DNA of 63,520 nt, filler included, from Choristocarpus tenellus KU-1152 (Eukaryota > Protista > Phaeophyceae): NCBI GenBank assembly GCA_964200185.2. It is 12 parts of 12 records of this genome, joined end to end, with 100 filler letters (N's around TTAATTAATTAA, not from the genome) between each part and the next. Parts side by side here need not be neighbours in the genome. Positions count along the whole stretch, not along the records: positions 60,384 to 63,520 come from CAXNAD020022053.1; 11 more parts are not named here. One strand, 5' to 3'. The notes beneath the pieces are model-generated. The model saw only the letters and a list, made by a program, of their open reading frames with translations. It did not search any database and was not told the origin of the DNA. Below, piece after piece: positions 60,562 through 63,520 of this stretch (positions are counted from its first letter, which is position 1; the number at the start of each line of letters is the position of its first letter). The position numbers and the translations under genes are program-made.

Positions 60562-63318
60562 ATACGTTTGTGAATCATGTGATTCTGTGGCGGCATGGTT
60601 CACTCAGGTTAGAATTGTCGGAGAGAATCACCGGGCAAGACAGACTAGACGGAACAAGGCGAACAATAACCGAGAGGAGGAGGATCTCACGAGAGTGTGG
60701 ATCAGCAGAGTGAGAAGACGTAACGTCAAAGGGAACCCATGATACTTGATATCTCTGAATAAAGAGTAGGACTGGTCTCTTGAAAGAGATTCCACACCTC
60801 AGTCTCACCCTAAGATCCTCCACTGGAATCCAAGATTCCAAATAAGAAACCTTGAACGTTATATGAGATGCGAATACGGTATGATAACATACACATAGAA
60901 TCCCGTGTGTCACGTTTGTTTATATTCCGACGAATCCAAGCATGTGAACATGCCACCTCAAGCCTTATTTTGAGCTGGACTACTTGCCACTGATGTAGAC
61001 CTCCAAGCACCCTGAAAATTACCCAGTCATCATGCAGTTCCACCTCGCTCAATAAATGAAATGCTCTTAAAACTTCAATTTTTCAGTCTTCTGACAAGAA
61101 AAATCGGGTCTGCATATTGAAAGATCCAGATATTCCTGTTTTTTGTAGGAATAATAAAAGTATGTCTGTCACATACTTTTTCTGTGCTGCATTCGCACAC
61201 AACTTGTTGAGTACAACCGCACACACAAGCATACCTACCACGTGTCCACTAGAGCTCCAGGTGCTTTTGGAGCGAGGTTGGTGGAGGTAGTTCCACTTGA
61301 GTGAGAGGAGAGGGATACTCCATGTCGTTTCATGAATAAATTTGAAGTTTACTGTGCTAAAGAGGGTCAGTTTTTCTTGGAGACTTATTTGCTTGGCTTT
61401 GACATCACGGTAATTCATTCACAGAATGATGTCAGCATTGAAAGGAGACTAGGTGTTGTAACCGCTGCAATCGATGTAGATTCAACAACCTCACGACTTC
61501 AATGACATGGCAGCTAGAGCTTGCACATAATAATCCATATGTGTTGCATCTTTTGGGGCATCATTATTAGGACTTGAGACAGCCATCAACTAACGGAAAA
61601 ACTACACACACACACACCACTCCTTGAAACGTCCTGTTGTGTTAGCATGCTCTGCATGACTGCAAGAGCAATGGAGGCCTCTACCACAGTGTACCCTACT
61701 GCACAATATTTGCTGGCATCGATCAAGTCACTGCTGTGGCTAACTCACATCGTTCAGCACCAGGAGAAGCAAAAACAAAACAAAAACAACACAAAAACAG
61801 ACACAAAACTCCATGCAGCACACACAAACACATTTTTTATTTTTGGCATGTGTGTGTCACTCACACATCCCTCCCCTATTTTCCCACATGGTTAAGGTAG
61901 CAAGCTCCCACTATGATCTTATTCACGGACACACATTGCACCCCCCCCACCTCTACCTGTCACTTTTCATGTGTTTGTAGATATCCCTGTGTATCAACTA
62001 GCCTTTCAGGACTTGACCTCAAGGTACTATCTCCCTCTCGTATAGTCTAAACCAAGGCTAGCACAACGAGCAGGTGGCACACACCAAAGCGACTCCCTCA
62101 TGCCTGCCAGCCTGAACTTCTTTGCCATCTATGAGAACCTGGCAGGAAACACAAGCGTCACCTACTACTACAATACCAGGAAAATGAGGTCTCAAGGTAC
62201 TATCAAAACTATTCTGGCACTACGTACTTGGAAGGGCCTTCCTTCAGAGTGGTGGTCGAACACCTTACTCCGTCTCTGCAGTTCAGATACAACAAAACGC
62301 ACTAAGGGCAGGGAGAAAGTACTCCCACCTATCCACATAAAAGAAGCTCTTCCCAAACACTGGTAAGCCATTACCATCGCAAAACATGAAGTAGTCGTCA
62401 CCAATAATGTAGCCTTGTCTGTGCCAAAGTGCATTGCTTGAATAGCCCGTCAGCTAAACCATGTAAGCATCCATCCATTCAACAGACTCTGATAACTAAT
62501 AGGGGAAAATCGGCCCATATGAATGAGCGCTGCCCTCCTGACCCACTCCCACTCCCACTCCCACCAAGCCCACACAGTCCTACAGTCCTGCACCGTCCAA
62601 ACACTTGAGCCTAAATCAATGAGACCCCAGCCTGTGCCAAATACCCTGATAGGGCCTTGGCACCATTCTCCTTGCCCACCAGGGCAGCAGTGATAAGTGG
62701 GGGATACTTGCCAGGCTGAGATGTGCAAAGGGCACCCAGCTTTTGTGCAAGGTAAATGGTGTCACTGAGGGGTACCCAACAAATGCCGAGCAGAAGGAGA
62801 TGTAGCCATGGAAGGGATAGACATCAGGCCCATTGTTGATTTTTTTTTTTAGAGTACGTTCGGACACAGGGACCTAGCAACAGGGCAAAACCAAGTCCAA
62901 CCTTACTATCTTTGGGAGGACGATAGGAACCTGTTGTCAACTGCCCTCTGCCCTAGTCATGTCAAGGTTGACCAGTTGTGGGGGGAATGTGATATGTCCA
63001 ACAGCATTGGGAACAAGAGGGAGATATAAGCATCCAATCATGTACACAATTACAAGTAGCACGGCAAATCCACGCTCTCCTTTCCAAGCAATGTAAGAAA
63101 CACCAACCAGTTTTACATAAACGTACAGCTCAGAAGTGAGAAGACGACCTAGAGGTCTTTGGTGAGGTGAGTGAGGGGTTATACGTCACATGTGTGACCC
63201 CACACCATTAGGCCCCTCTTCTACAGTTCCACCACAGTGACCTTCATGATTAAAAAAAATGCACTCAAGCAAAATCTGTCCAAAAATGGTGTCAAATTCT
63301 GTCCTCTACTGAAACCAT

Positions 63319-63354
<36 letters not shown>

Positions 63355-63520
63355 TAAAACAGGTCAAAAGAGATCACTACCGAGAGTGTCAAAATACATT
63401 CATTCATTAATCATTTTTTACAAGGGGGGGGGGGGGGGGGGGGTTTTTACTTGGGTGTTTTTTTTTTTTTTTTTTGGTTTGTCCATTTTTTTCCCCCTCT
63501 TTCCTCCCCTGGAGTAGGAG

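Noticed and set aside
60560-62900. Broken ORFs resembling transposase or LTR relics (e.g. CSSDTTKRTKGR)
   Set aside because: Single weak motifs without supporting order; left unassigned.

Overview
Eukaryotic, intron-rich genomic DNA, most likely from a photosynthetic, flagellate-stage stramenopile (brown alga or close relative; inferred from a bZIP-PAS factor, signal-peptide-led putative plastid proteins, an axonemal dynein and TTAGGG-like motifs). The window is not contiguous. It is 12 contigs joined by 11 identical artificial 100-nt linkers (44 N + TTAATTAATTAA + 44 N), so adjacency across linkers carries no biological meaning. Manual GT-AG, phase-consistent splicing gives eight protein-coding genes: the 5' part of an outer-arm dynein heavy chain; a bZIP-PAS transcription factor with a split PAS domain; the 3' end of RNA polymerase I RPA2; a DHRS7B-like SDR; an intronless RluA-family pseudouridine synthase head-to-head with a ZNF830-like gene; the 5' part of a Cys-rich secreted protein; and an internal part of a PhoD-like protein that appears to have lost its metal ligands. 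The rest is largely transposon debris: three related PIF/Harbinger-like MITE/non-autonomous families sharing an NNNNN-AAAGTATCT terminus, plus Harbinger-, copia-, LINE- and possibly hAT-like relics. I cannot support a clear new multi-gene system. The best leads are the split-PAS bZIP protein, the PhoD pseudo-phosphatase, the unannotated Cys-rich secreted protein, the MITE/Harbinger system and a repeat family with a covarying hairpin. All family assignments are from recalled motifs; no searches were run.
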